Source of the DNA: a virus
Taxonomy: Duplodnaviria > Caudoviricetes
Length of the DNA stretch: 64,000 bases
Reading direction: 5' to 3' (one strand)
Virus record (IMG/VR): IMGVR_UViG_3300049988_000118
Span: 9,989-73,988 of that record
Position 1 is the first letter of the stretch. Each line of letters begins with the position of its first letter. Below, one piece after another: positions 27,622 through 36,301 of this stretch. The notes under the pieces were generated by a model. The model did not search any database. It was not told the origin of the DNA and worked only from the letters and a program-made list of their open reading frames with translations. The translations under genes were made by a program, and so were the position numbers.

Positions 27622-27986
27622 CGTGACTGCCTTAAGATATTATAATTCATCAAATAAATCTCTCCCTTCGACGATCTAAAGGACATGATCACGAAGGATA
27701 GATAAAACTTGTGCGTTTCATCTTGAGCAAAGCTTTGGGTAATTCGCGCTCCGGTCGAGATTATATTGTCTCGACTTCGACGATGCACAAGAGATAGTAT
27801 TTGATCATCGTCCAATTGAATTGTGGTTTCGGTATCCGTGCTTTCGTCGATACTCAACTTAAATCTGAATCGATATTCAGGATCGTCGTCGAAGGGCATC
27901 ATAACGATGGTTTCTTCGGCGCCAAGAATAATTGAGCCTGAATGAATCAGCTCTCTTTTTCCGACTATGGCAGTGGGCCGAGTCAT
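27618..27986 (-). CDS. Cargo protein, unknown (possibly DUF6864-like)
   Basis: AT-rich; start at MTRPTAIV; overlaps the next gene by 4 nt. Confidence 0.5.
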   Translation of the reverse strand: MTRPTAIVGKRELIHSGSIILGAEETIVMMPFDDDPEYRFRFKLSIDESTDTETTIQLDDDQILSLVHRRSRDNIISTGARITQSFAQDETHKFYLSFVIMSFRSSKGEIYLMNYNILRQSR

Positions 27987-28224
27987 ATGCAGATCCCAAG
28001 CGCGATCGGTGGGCAAGCCGCACACGGCTCGATCCAAGCGCTGTGCCTCTACCCTACGCGCACGACGAAACCCCCATCGCCTTGCAGGGCGTGGGGTTGT
28101 CGTGTCATGATGAACGTAGAGCCTGAGAACTCTCGCGACGGTCCCTTGCAGGGGATAGCGTCGCATCCTGTGACGGAAGCCCAACACCTTGCAGGGTGAT
28201 GTGCCCCGTAATGAACGTGCTCAC

Positions 28225-28395
28225 CTCCCGGTGAGCGCGACCGGCTCACTATGCCGGGAGTGCGGCGACACGGTCAAGCAGAAATGCTCGACTGCGATAC
28301 AAGAGCCCTTCGGGGTAAAGGTCGCCGCGCACGTTCTCACAGGCGTGTTCTCAGCCTCCCGGCGCCAGCACCGCATGCTGGCGTGGCCGAAAGCC
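28225..28395 (+). ncRNA. Candidate structured immunity RNA (P4 CI / P1 c4-like)
   Basis: Multiple stems, plus GTTCTCACAGG and GTTCTCAG segments complementary to flanking upstream and downstream repeats. Confidence 0.45.
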
Positions 28396-28457
28396 CCTGA
28401 GAAGGCTCGAGGCCCCGGCCCTGAGAAGCCGGTTCGTACCTGTGAGAACCGAGATCC

Positions 28458-29147
28458 ATGACCACCACACAGACCCGCACGGCGCCTTCCCGGCGCGTGC
28501 CGCCGGCTGCCCGTCAGCCCGGCCCGGTGACGCTCGCCATACGCGCGCTGCGCCCGAACGAAGCCCCCACCTGGGAACAGCGTCAACGGGAGATCGATGC
28601 GGAGGAGCGGGCCACCCTGCGCGCCCTTCGCAAGCGCGTCGCTCAAGCCGTGTCGGACGGCATCGATTTCCTTGACGCAACCGGCAGGGATCCGGACCTC
28701 GATGCGGACTACACGACCACTGAGCGCGCCCCGGACGGCGGCCTACACACCGTCGGCCGCAGCACCGATGACGAGCCGAGCCTATGTGGCATCGGCGGCC
28801 ACTTCGCGTTCGGGCATCAGCACGAGTTCCCGCAGACGGGTGGCGGCTGCGGTGAAAACGCCCACGACCTTGAGGGTGAGGACGAGCACGGGAGCGACTG
28901 CGACCGTGGGGAGGATTCGCTAGGCTCGCTCGGGGGCACCGCAAATGCTGTCGGCCACTCCCAACTGAATTGGGCGGGCGGCGGTGCGAACGATCTGGAG
29001 GCCGTGGACGAGGACGGCGGCGATATCCAAGACGCCCCTCACGATGGTGACGAGCGCGAGGACGGCGACGACAACGGCATCGGCGACCTTGAAGGCTTGC
29101 ACGAACAGTTCGCCGGCACCCGGTACGCCTTCGCTGGTGCCGTATGA
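28458..29147 (+). CDS. Satellite hypothetical protein, acidic Gly/Asp-rich C-terminus
   Basis: ORF track; first gene after the structured leader. Confidence 0.55.
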   Translation: MTTTQTRTAPSRRVPPAARQPGPVTLAIRALRPNEAPTWEQRQREIDAEERATLRALRKRVAQAVSDGIDFLDATGRDPDLDADYTTTERAPDGGLHTVGRSTDDEPSLCGIGGHFAFGHQHEFPQTGGGCGENAHDLEGEDEHGSDCDRGEDSLGSLGGTANAVGHSQLNWAGGGANDLEAVDEDGGDIQDAPHDGDEREDGDDNGIGDLEGLHEQFAGTRYAFAGAV

Positions 29148-29605
29148 GCGCCCCCGCATCGCGCCGGGGATTCCTCTCCGGTCTCGCCGTCCTGCCGTCT
29201 CTCACGGTAGTGGCAACTGCCGCTGCAAGCCCCGACGCGCCGTTACTTGATTTGGCGCCGCGCCTTGTCCCGCTGCTGGACCGATACGACCGGCTTTGGG
29301 CGGCGCAGGGTGGCACCTACGAGGCCGGCATCGCTGAAGTGCAGCGAGCAACGAGGAGAGGGGCATCTTGGGGGGAGGCACAATCGGCTTCTCCCTTGTG
29401 GCGGAAGTACATGAGCGCCAGGGCGCCGGCCGATCGCATAGGGGACATAATCGACCCTCTGATTGAACCTTTATGGGATCATCGCGCGGTCACCGTGCCG
29501 GGCCTGTTACTCAAAGCCAGGATCGCCGCGACCTTCGATAGCTGGGAAGGCGACGTCTTCGATGACGTTCGCGCCATGGTGAAGGCAGGTACTCTCCTGA
29601 CTTAA
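29144..29605 (+). CDS. Satellite hypothetical protein with twin-arginine-like N-terminus
   Basis: SRRGFLSGLAVL; ATGA coupling. Confidence 0.55.
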   Translation: MSAPASRRGFLSGLAVLPSLTVVATAAASPDAPLLDLAPRLVPLLDRYDRLWAAQGGTYEAGIAEVQRATRRGASWGEAQSASPLWRKYMSARAPADRIGDIIDPLIEPLWDHRAVTVPGLLLKARIAATFDSWEGDVFDDVRAMVKAGTLLT

Positions 29606-29760
29606 CCCCCGGCCCGGCCGCCCGCACGGACGCCTCAGATCTGAGGGCGCGGTGCCGTACCGCGCCAATCCGGAGCCCGGCCGGGCCTCACGAACGCCGC
29701 TCGCGCAATCCCGCGCGGGCGGCATTCGCCGTACCGCACGGCGCAATTCGTGAGGATGCC

Positions 29761-30549
29761 ATGACCACGACACCCACGGTCCACATCACCGACGGCAAAC
29801 CCATGGCGGACAGCCGTGAGATCGCCGCCACTTTCGGCCGGCAGCACAAAGACGTGCTCCGAGCCTATCGAGAGCTCGCATGCTCCGCGGATTTCAGGCA
29901 GCGCAATTTTGCGCCGTTTCATTCCAAGGACTTAAGCGGGTCCACCCTCTCCCACGTCCTGATGACCAAGAACGGGTTCGCCTTCCTCGTCCTCGGCTTC
30001 ACCGGCGCGCCGGCCGCCGTCTTCAAGGAGGCGTACATCGAGCGGTTCGACGCGATGGAGGAGGCGCTACGGGGCAAGGCGATCCTGGCCGTTCCGACCA
30101 CCTTCGCCGAGGCCCTACAGCTTGCCGCCGACAACCAACGGCAGGTTGAAGCGCAGGCCGCACAGATCGCCGTCCTGGCCCCACGCAGCGAGGCCCTGGC
30201 GACCATCGCCGACGGGGAGGGGACGTTCTGCATCCGCGACGCGGCCAAGATGCTTCAGGTCACGGAAAGCGGCCTGACGGCCTACCTGTCGGGCAACGAC
30301 TGGATCTATCGACGCGAGCCCGGCGGGCCATGGGTGGCGACCGCCCGGCGGTTCGGACAGGGCTGGATCACCACGAAGGTGATTCCGGTCGAGGTCGGCA
30401 ACGGCAAGGTCTGGAACAAGCCGCAGGCCCGCATCACGAGCGCCGGCTTGACGGTCCTGGCGATGCGCTTGGGCAAGCCCGTGCCGGCGGGCCTCGCAGC
30501 ATCGGCCCCGCTCATCGAACACGCGGCTCGGCCGCAGGGAGGACACTGA
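29761..30549 (+). CDS. Rha-family regulator fused to ANT/KilAC antirepressor domain
   Basis: DSREIAATFGRQHKDVLRA, MTKNGFAFLVLGFTG..A..FKEAYIERF; then VPTTFAEALQLAAD and IRDAAKML...RITSAGL. Confidence 0.88.
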   Translation: MTTTPTVHITDGKPMADSREIAATFGRQHKDVLRAYRELACSADFRQRNFAPFHSKDLSGSTLSHVLMTKNGFAFLVLGFTGAPAAVFKEAYIERFDAMEEALRGKAILAVPTTFAEALQLAADNQRQVEAQAAQIAVLAPRSEALATIADGEGTFCIRDAAKMLQVTESGLTAYLSGNDWIYRREPGGPWVATARRFGQGWITTKVIPVEVGNGKVWNKPQARITSAGLTVLAMRLGKPVPAGLAASAPLIEHAARPQGGH

Positions 30550-30550
30550 G

Positions 30551-31753
30551 ATGGCGAGCGTCAGGAAGCTCAAGAAGGATGACCCCGCGTCTCCATGGAT
30601 CGTTGAATACACGGACCCGTCGACGGGCAAGCGGGTGCGCAAGACCCCTAAGTCGGGACTGAAAAAGGACGCCGATGCCCTGCGTCGGAAGATCGAGGCG
30701 GAGATCGATGGAGGCATTCACACCGCCCCTTCGACCTCGCCCACGATCGCTGACCTGGGCGACACCTTCGTTCGGAACGCGGCGGAGCGCCTATCGGACG
30801 GCCGGATCGGGCGAAGCCGTTATGCCATCATCGTCTACACGGTGGAGAATTGCCTAAAACCGCACCTTGGTCGCATGAAGCTTTGTGGCCTGAAGCGCGA
30901 GGACGTGGAGGGCTGGTATAACTGGCTGCGCAAGGAAAAGAAGCTTGCCCCGGTCACGTCGAAAGGGCGGGTCATCATTTTCCAGATGATCGAGGACTTT
31001 GCGGTCCGCCGGTCATGGACGAAGCTGACGCCGGTGCGCGACTACCTCAAGGATCTCACCGGCATCCGGCAATCACGTGTGCGGACCTTCAGCGCGGAGC
31101 AGGCCGCGCAGGTGCTCGCGACTGCCGCCCATCGAGCCCCCGGCTTCAAGCTGCGGGCGCACGCCTACACCGAATGCATGGTTAACCTCGCGGCTTGCTG
31201 TGGCCTCCGGTACGGGGAGATCCTGGGATTGTCCCTCGATGACGTGTTCTTCGATGACCGGCGCCTCTACATCCGGCACAGCCTCACGGACTGGGACGAG
31301 TTAAAGGGGCCGAAGACAGTCGCCGGCGTCCGCAACATTCCTTTGCCGCAGCACGTCGCTGACATGCTCACGGCCTGGATCGCCAACGGCTACGTGGCGA
31401 ACGAGCGCCGGTTGCTGTTCCGGACATCATCGGGCGGCATCATCAGTGCCGCGAGCTTCCACAAGGCGACGTGGGGGCCGTTGCTGATCCGTGCAGGGCT
31501 CGGCGAAGGGAAGCGTTTCCACTTCCACGCCCTGCGCCATTTCGCGTCGAGCTGGATGATCGCGAACGGCCTGCCCGTGACCGACGTGGCGCGCCTCATG
31601 GGGCACAGCCATTTCGACACGACGCTCCAGGTCTACGCGCACCCGGTCATCGCGAACCACCGGCACCAGGAGGCTTTCGACCGGATGGCGAGCAATCTGA
31701 AGCTGGAATTGCCTGCGCCAGGGGAGACCTCGCGCGACATGGCGCCGGCCTGA
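30551..31753 (+). CDS. int: Tyrosine integrase (satellite)
   Basis: Intact catalytic set: GLRYGE (R), KTVAG (K), FHALRH (HxxR), MGH, QVY (Y); ends 70 nt before attR. Confidence 0.95.
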   Translation: MASVRKLKKDDPASPWIVEYTDPSTGKRVRKTPKSGLKKDADALRRKIEAEIDGGIHTAPSTSPTIADLGDTFVRNAAERLSDGRIGRSRYAIIVYTVENCLKPHLGRMKLCGLKREDVEGWYNWLRKEKKLAPVTSKGRVIIFQMIEDFAVRRSWTKLTPVRDYLKDLTGIRQSRVRTFSAEQAAQVLATAAHRAPGFKLRAHAYTECMVNLAACCGLRYGEILGLSLDDVFFDDRRLYIRHSLTDWDELKGPKTVAGVRNIPLPQHVADMLTAWIANGYVANERRLLFRTSSGGIISAASFHKATWGPLLIRAGLGEGKRFHFHALRHFASSWMIANGLPVTDVARLMGHSHFDTTLQVYAHPVIANHRHQEAFDRMASNLKLELPAPGETSRDMAPA

Positions 31754-31823
31754 ACGCGACATAAATGCGGATGCGGCTGGACGCATCCAGCGTTTTCAAT
31801 GACTTAGCACATGGGTAAGAGTT

Positions 31824-31833
31824 AACATCAGAC
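31824..31833 (+). repeat. attR core AACATCAGAC
   Basis: Matches 13934-13943; portal frame resumes right after. Confidence 0.92.
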
Positions 31834-32200
31834 GCTCGTGTTCCAACTGTGCCGGCCGGTCTGGGCGCGCTGGATCGCGACCGCCGCGCTTGCCGGCTCC
31901 ATCCCGGGGCTGACGCCGGCGACCTTCGCCCGCAATCGCGCGGCGCTTTCGACGGTGAAGTGGCAGCCCCCGAAGTGGGACTGGGTCGATCCGCTAAAAG
32001 ACCTCAAGGCCGACGAGCTCGCGATCAAGATGGGCATCCTGCCCAGGTCGGACGCGATCGAGGCCCGCGGCGGCGACGCCGAAGAGGTCGATGCGCGGCG
32101 CAAGGAAGACCAGGACCGCGCCAACAGCCTCGAGCTTCGGCTCGACGGCGGCACGGTCGACGATCCGAACCCGGTCACCGACGCCGCTGACGCGGCCTGA
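31834..32200 (+). CDS. Portal protein 3' segment
   Basis: LVFQLCRPVW..WQPPKWDWVDPLKD..G.LPRSDAIEARGGDAEEV; in frame with the 5' segment after excision. Confidence 0.95.
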
Positions 32201-32214
32201 ACGGACACCCCATC

Positions 32215-33423
32215 ATGGATTATGGCTACGGCTCCGGCCGCGACCTCTTGGTCGATGGCTGCCTCGTGCTTCACGGCATGGTCGGCGGTGACTTCTGGGA
32301 CGAGGGCTTCACCTCGACCGACGTCATCCGCGCGCTCGCCGTCCTCGGCCGCAACGCCGACGTGACGGTGCGGATCAACTCCGGTGGCGGCATCGCCACC
32401 GAGGGCTCGGCGATCCACGCCATCCTCACGGCCCACAAGGGCCGCGTCACCACCGTCGTCGAGGGCATCGCCGCGTCCGCCGCCTCCATCATCGCGATGG
32501 CCGGCGACGAGCGCGTCATGGCGATGGGCGCCCTGATGATGATCCACGATCCGTCGGGCCTGACCATGGGCACGGCCGAGGACCACCTCGACACCGCCCA
32601 GGCGCTTGAGGTGATCGCGGCGTCGATGGCGTCGATATACGCCGAGGCCACCAAGCGGCCCGTCGAAGAGATCCGTGCCGAGATGTCGGCCGAGACGTGG
32701 CTGACGGCCGAAGAGGCCATCGCCAAGGGCTATTCCGATCGCGTCGGCGCCGCCAACGACGACGAGCCCGCACCCTTCCCCTTCCGCTCCTACGCACACG
32801 CCCCTGAGCGCTTCGTCGCCATGGCGGATGCCCGGGGCTGGAGCGGGCGAAAGCCCGTCACCCCGCGAGCCCCTGCGCTCGCGTCCACCCATCCCACCAA
32901 GGAGGCACCCATGCCGGGTTCCGACACCACGGCTGCGGGCGCTTCCGCGGCCGACACCACGGCCAACACCGACAACGTCGTCCAGCTCGACGAGGCCCGC
33001 GCCGCCGGCCGCGCCGAGGCCCTCGCCACCGCCGTGCCGCGCGCGGCGGCCTCCGAGATCGCCAAGCTGTGCCTCGACGGCGGCGTGGCGGAGATGACCG
33101 CTTCGCTCCTCGCCGAGGGCGCCTCGGTCGAGCAGGCCAAGGGCCGCATCCAGGCGGCCGGCCAGATCAAGGAGCTCGTCGCCCTGGCGCGCCGCTCCAA
33201 CCCGCAGATCCCCGAGGTTTTCGCCTCGACCATGCTGTCCGAGGGCAAGACCCTCGACCAGGCCCGCGCGGCGCTCTTCGACCAGATGGTCGCCCGCGAC
33301 GAGGAGACCACGGTCACCTCACACCAGCCCTCGACCCGCCAGGGGCCCGCCGGGCCCGCCGCGGCGAAGGCGAACATGCGCGCTCAGCTCGAGCGGTCCG
33401 GCCTCATTAAGAAGGGAGCCTGA
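32215..33423 (+). CDS. Helper ClpP-like head maturation protease/scaffold
   Basis: INSGGG, GIAASAAS, MIHDP, ETWLTAEEA; between portal and decoration/capsid genes. Confidence 0.92.
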   Translation: MDYGYGSGRDLLVDGCLVLHGMVGGDFWDEGFTSTDVIRALAVLGRNADVTVRINSGGGIATEGSAIHAILTAHKGRVTTVVEGIAASAASIIAMAGDERVMAMGALMMIHDPSGLTMGTAEDHLDTAQALEVIAASMASIYAEATKRPVEEIRAEMSAETWLTAEEAIAKGYSDRVGAANDDEPAPFPFRSYAHAPERFVAMADARGWSGRKPVTPRAPALASTHPTKEAPMPGSDTTAAGASAADTTANTDNVVQLDEARAAGRAEALATAVPRAAASEIAKLCLDGGVAEMTASLLAEGASVEQAKGRIQAAGQIKELVALARRSNPQIPEVFASTMLSEGKTLDQARAALFDQMVARDEETTVTSHQPSTRQGPAGPAAAKANMRAQLERSGLIKKGA

Positions 33424-33425
33424 AC

Positions 33426-33809
33426 ATGGCACTGACCCTGAACAGCCCCGTCTATGTGGCGGACTGGCTGAAGTACGAATCCCCCAGCTACCATTCGCGG
33501 GACACCGCCACCATTGCCTCGGGTAGCGGGGTGCTGGTCTCTGGCACCGTGCTGGCCAAGGTCACGGCGACCGGCAAGTACGTGCCCGCCGCGGCCACGG
33601 GTGCCGATGGCTCCCAGACCGCCGTCGCTTGCCTTATCACCCCCGTCGACGCGACCAGCGCCGACGTCAAGGCGGTGATCCTCACCCGCCACGCCGACGT
33701 GAGCCACGCCGGCATCACCTATGGCCCCACCATCACCGATGCAACGAAGCGCGCGACTGTTCAGACACAGCTCGCTGCGGTGGGCATCGTCACGCGTGAA
33801 GGAGCGTAA
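33426..33809 (+). CDS. Head decoration protein (lambda gpD-like)
   Basis: SRDTATIASG..GTVLAKVTATGKY..A..GSQTAVACL. Confidence 0.8.
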   Translation: MALTLNSPVYVADWLKYESPSYHSRDTATIASGSGVLVSGTVLAKVTATGKYVPAAATGADGSQTAVACLITPVDATSADVKAVILTRHADVSHAGITYGPTITDATKRATVQTQLAAVGIVTREGA

Positions 33810-33812
33810 CCG

Positions 33813-34859
33813 ATGCCCGAGATCCTCGACATCTTCAACGACGCCGCGTTCAGCGCCGTCTCGCTGACGGACACCGTCAATATCGTCCCGAACACCTACG
33901 GGCGGATCAACGAACTCGGCCTGTTCCAGAACGAGCCCGTGAGCACCACGTCGGTGGCGATCGACATCGCCAACGGCGTGCTCAACCTGCTGCCGATGCG
34001 CCCCCGCGGCGGGCCGGCCAGCGTTGGCACCCGTGAGCGCCAGAACCTCCAGGCGTTCGTAGTCCCGCACATCCCGCACGACGACAGCGTCCTGGCGCTC
34101 GACGTGCAGAACATGCTGGCCCGGGCCCCGCAGCTCGGCCTGGAATCGGTGATCGGCGCGGTGAACCGCAAGCTCATCACCATGCGCCGGAAGCATGCGA
34201 TCACCCTGGAGAACCTCCGCATGGGGGCGCTCAAGGGCCGGATCCTCGACTACGACGGCACCGTCGTGATCGACCTGTTTGCCCGCTTCGGCGTCACCGA
34301 GAAGACGATCGACTTCGCTCTCGGCACGCCCGGCACGGACGTCGGCGGCAAGCTCCGTGAGCTTTCGGGCTACATGGAAGACAGCCTGATGGGCGACACC
34401 ATGACGGGCGTCCATGGCTTCGCGTCGCCCACGTGGTTCGCGAAGTACATCGCCCACGCCAGCGTCAAGGACGCCTTCAAGTTCTACACCTCGACGCAGG
34501 ACCCGAATCGCCAGGATGTGCGGCGCGGCTTCACCTACCAGGGCGTGACCATCGAGGAGTACCGCGGCTCGGCGACCTACCTCAATGCTGACGGCACCAC
34601 CTCGACCGTGACCCGCTTCATCCCCGATGGCGACGTGCGGTTTTTCCCCATCGGTACTGGCGAGACCTTCGTCAACTGGTGGGCCCCACCGGACTTCGTC
34701 GACGAGGTCAACACGGCCCCGGGCCTCGAAGCCCAGGTCTTCGTCGCTCCCCTCGAGCGGATGAAGTTCGGCAAGGGCGTGGACGTCCACACCGAGTCCA
34801 ACCCGCTCCCCCTCTGCAAGCGCCCGAACCTACTGGTTCGCGGCTTCTCCTCGAACTGA
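33813..34859 (+). CDS. Major capsid protein, lambda gpE family
   Basis: FSAVSLTDTVN.VPN..GRINELGLF, ITLENLRMGALKG, ESNPLPLCKRP. Confidence 0.92.
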   Translation: MPEILDIFNDAAFSAVSLTDTVNIVPNTYGRINELGLFQNEPVSTTSVAIDIANGVLNLLPMRPRGGPASVGTRERQNLQAFVVPHIPHDDSVLALDVQNMLARAPQLGLESVIGAVNRKLITMRRKHAITLENLRMGALKGRILDYDGTVVIDLFARFGVTEKTIDFALGTPGTDVGGKLRELSGYMEDSLMGDTMTGVHGFASPTWFAKYIAHASVKDAFKFYTSTQDPNRQDVRRGFTYQGVTIEEYRGSATYLNADGTTSTVTRFIPDGDVRFFPIGTGETFVNWWAPPDFVDEVNTAPGLEAQVFVAPLERMKFGKGVDVHTESNPLPLCKRPNLLVRGFSSN

Positions 34860-34870
34860 CGGAGGCCGAC

Positions 34871-35092
34871 ATGGCACTGATCAAGGAAAAGGGCGGCAAG
34901 GACGAGGACGCCGTGCCCATGGACTTCGGGCAGGCTCAGTCCGCGCTCGCTACGGGCAAGTACGTCGAGGTCCTGCCGGAAGGCGCCGAGGCCGGCCCGG
35001 AGATCCACGGCGGCGTCTGGGGCAACGAGCCCGTGGACGCGAAGGCCGAGGATGTGAAGGCCAAGGCCGACGCCGGACACAAGGGCAAGTAG
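34871..35092 (+). CDS. Small head-associated protein
   Basis: GGAGG RBS; follows MCP. Confidence 0.55.
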   Translation: MALIKEKGGKDEDAVPMDFGQAQSALATGKYVEVLPEGAEAGPEIHGGVWGNEPVDAKAEDVKAKADAGHKGK

Positions 35093-35099
35093 CCCGCAC

Positions 35100-35513
35100 G
35101 TGTCCGTCTTTAACGACGTCGACGACGACATGCAGGATGCCCTCGACGACGCGTTCGGCGAGGGCATCCGCATCATCCCGCAGGGTGAGCGGGGCTGGCG
35201 CGGGCAGGGTGGTATCGACCCCAATCGCCCGGTCCGGGACATTCAGGGCCGGTATCGCTCGACACCGACCACCTCCGAGATGGAGGGCAACCGCGAGGGC
35301 TCGCGCTTCCAGAGCATGAGCCGGATCTCGACCCGGTCGCATGCCCTGCGGATCTCCCCGGCTGAGATCACAGCGCTGGGCTATGCACCGATCGCCGGCG
35401 ACACCGTCACTCTCACCACCCGCATCGACCAACCGACGTTCACCGTCACTTCCGTCGGCCTGCGCGATAGCGGGGAGACGCAGCTCGAACTCGTCTCCGG
35501 AGCGGTCGCATGA
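35100..35513 (+). CDS. Head-tail connector (FII-like)
   Basis: Position; GDTV.L.....TV..V motif. Confidence 0.55.
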   Translation: MSVFNDVDDDMQDALDDAFGEGIRIIPQGERGWRGQGGIDPNRPVRDIQGRYRSTPTTSEMEGNREGSRFQSMSRISTRSHALRISPAEITALGYAPIAGDTVTLTTRIDQPTFTVTSVGLRDSGETQLELVSGAVA

Positions 35514-36301
35514 GCCTCGTCGCCTACGCGATCCGAACCTGCCTCGGAGCGGCCTTGGTGAACCGGACCCTCGCCGAGGGCCGGGTCTACGATTCCGCCG
35601 TCCAGGCCATTGACGAGATGATCAAGCCGGGCGTGAAGCCCTTCATTGTCATCTCGACGGACGACGAGGAATACGACCTCCAGGGCTGGCAGCTTCTCGA
35701 CGCCAGCCGCGCCGTCAACGTCGTCATTGAGATCGCCGTCGGCGGCATCACGGCGGTCGACCTCCCGGCCGAGGAGGGCGGGGGTCAGGCGATGCGCCTC
35801 GACATTCCCCACACCGACGAGGGCCTCGAGACCTCGCTCAACATGATCGGCCGGCAGGTCTTCCGTGAGATCCTCGTCGGCGGCCCATGGTCGGACCTGC
35901 TGCGCAGCATCGTCTTCATGCCGAAGAAGATGACCGTCCGCCGGGGCGCCAACGCCGAAGGTGGCGTGCGCTTCGCGGCGCGCCAGTACGTCATCACGGC
36001 CGACACCATCGCCGAGCCGGACTTCGGCATCGAGGCCGAGGGGCATTTCGCGCGCCTGCTGGACATGATGCGCGCCGATCCGCGCCTCGCCGGCGACGTC
36101 CCGCTCCTTGAGACCATGATCGTCGGCGACGTTCTCCCGGACTGGCGCCGCATACAGGCCGATCTCGGCCTCACAGACGCGTCCTACCTCGCCCTGGGCC
36201 TCGGCCCGCTGTTCCGGGAGGTCGGCGAGCCGCTGGCCCAGCGCTTCACCCTTCGCGGCCAGAGCCGCGCCACCGTCGTCGAGGCCGAGCTTACGCCGTG
36301 A
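35510..36301 (+). CDS. Tail completion/terminator-like protein
   Basis: Position between neck and baseplate genes; ATGA coupling. Confidence 0.5.
   Translation: MSLVAYAIRTCLGAALVNRTLAEGRVYDSAVQAIDEMIKPGVKPFIVISTDDEEYDLQGWQLLDASRAVNVVIEIAVGGITAVDLPAEEGGGQAMRLDIPHTDEGLETSLNMIGRQVFREILVGGPWSDLLRSIVFMPKKMTVRRGANAEGGVRFAARQYVITADTIAEPDFGIEAEGHFARLLDMMRADPRLAGDVPLLETMIVGDVLPDWRRIQADLGLTDASYLALGLGPLFREVGEPLAQRFTLRGQSRATVVEAELTP

Larger units (their letters stand above)
13934..31833 (+). mobile_element. Integrated phage satellite (PICI-like, 17,890-bp circle) inserted in the helper portal gene
   Basis: att direct repeats; integrase at right end and HTH/Xis at left end; primase-helicase + ori; cos + terS; no capsid/portal/terL/sheath genes. 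Confidence 0.92.

Noticed and set aside
29144-29605. Genuine Tat-exported protein
   Set aside because: The RRGFL motif is present, but such N-termini are common in phage hypotheticals and nothing else supports export.
13934-31833. cf-PICI or second complete prophage
   Set aside because: No major capsid, portal, large terminase, sheath, tube or baseplate gene was recognisable inside the att sites.
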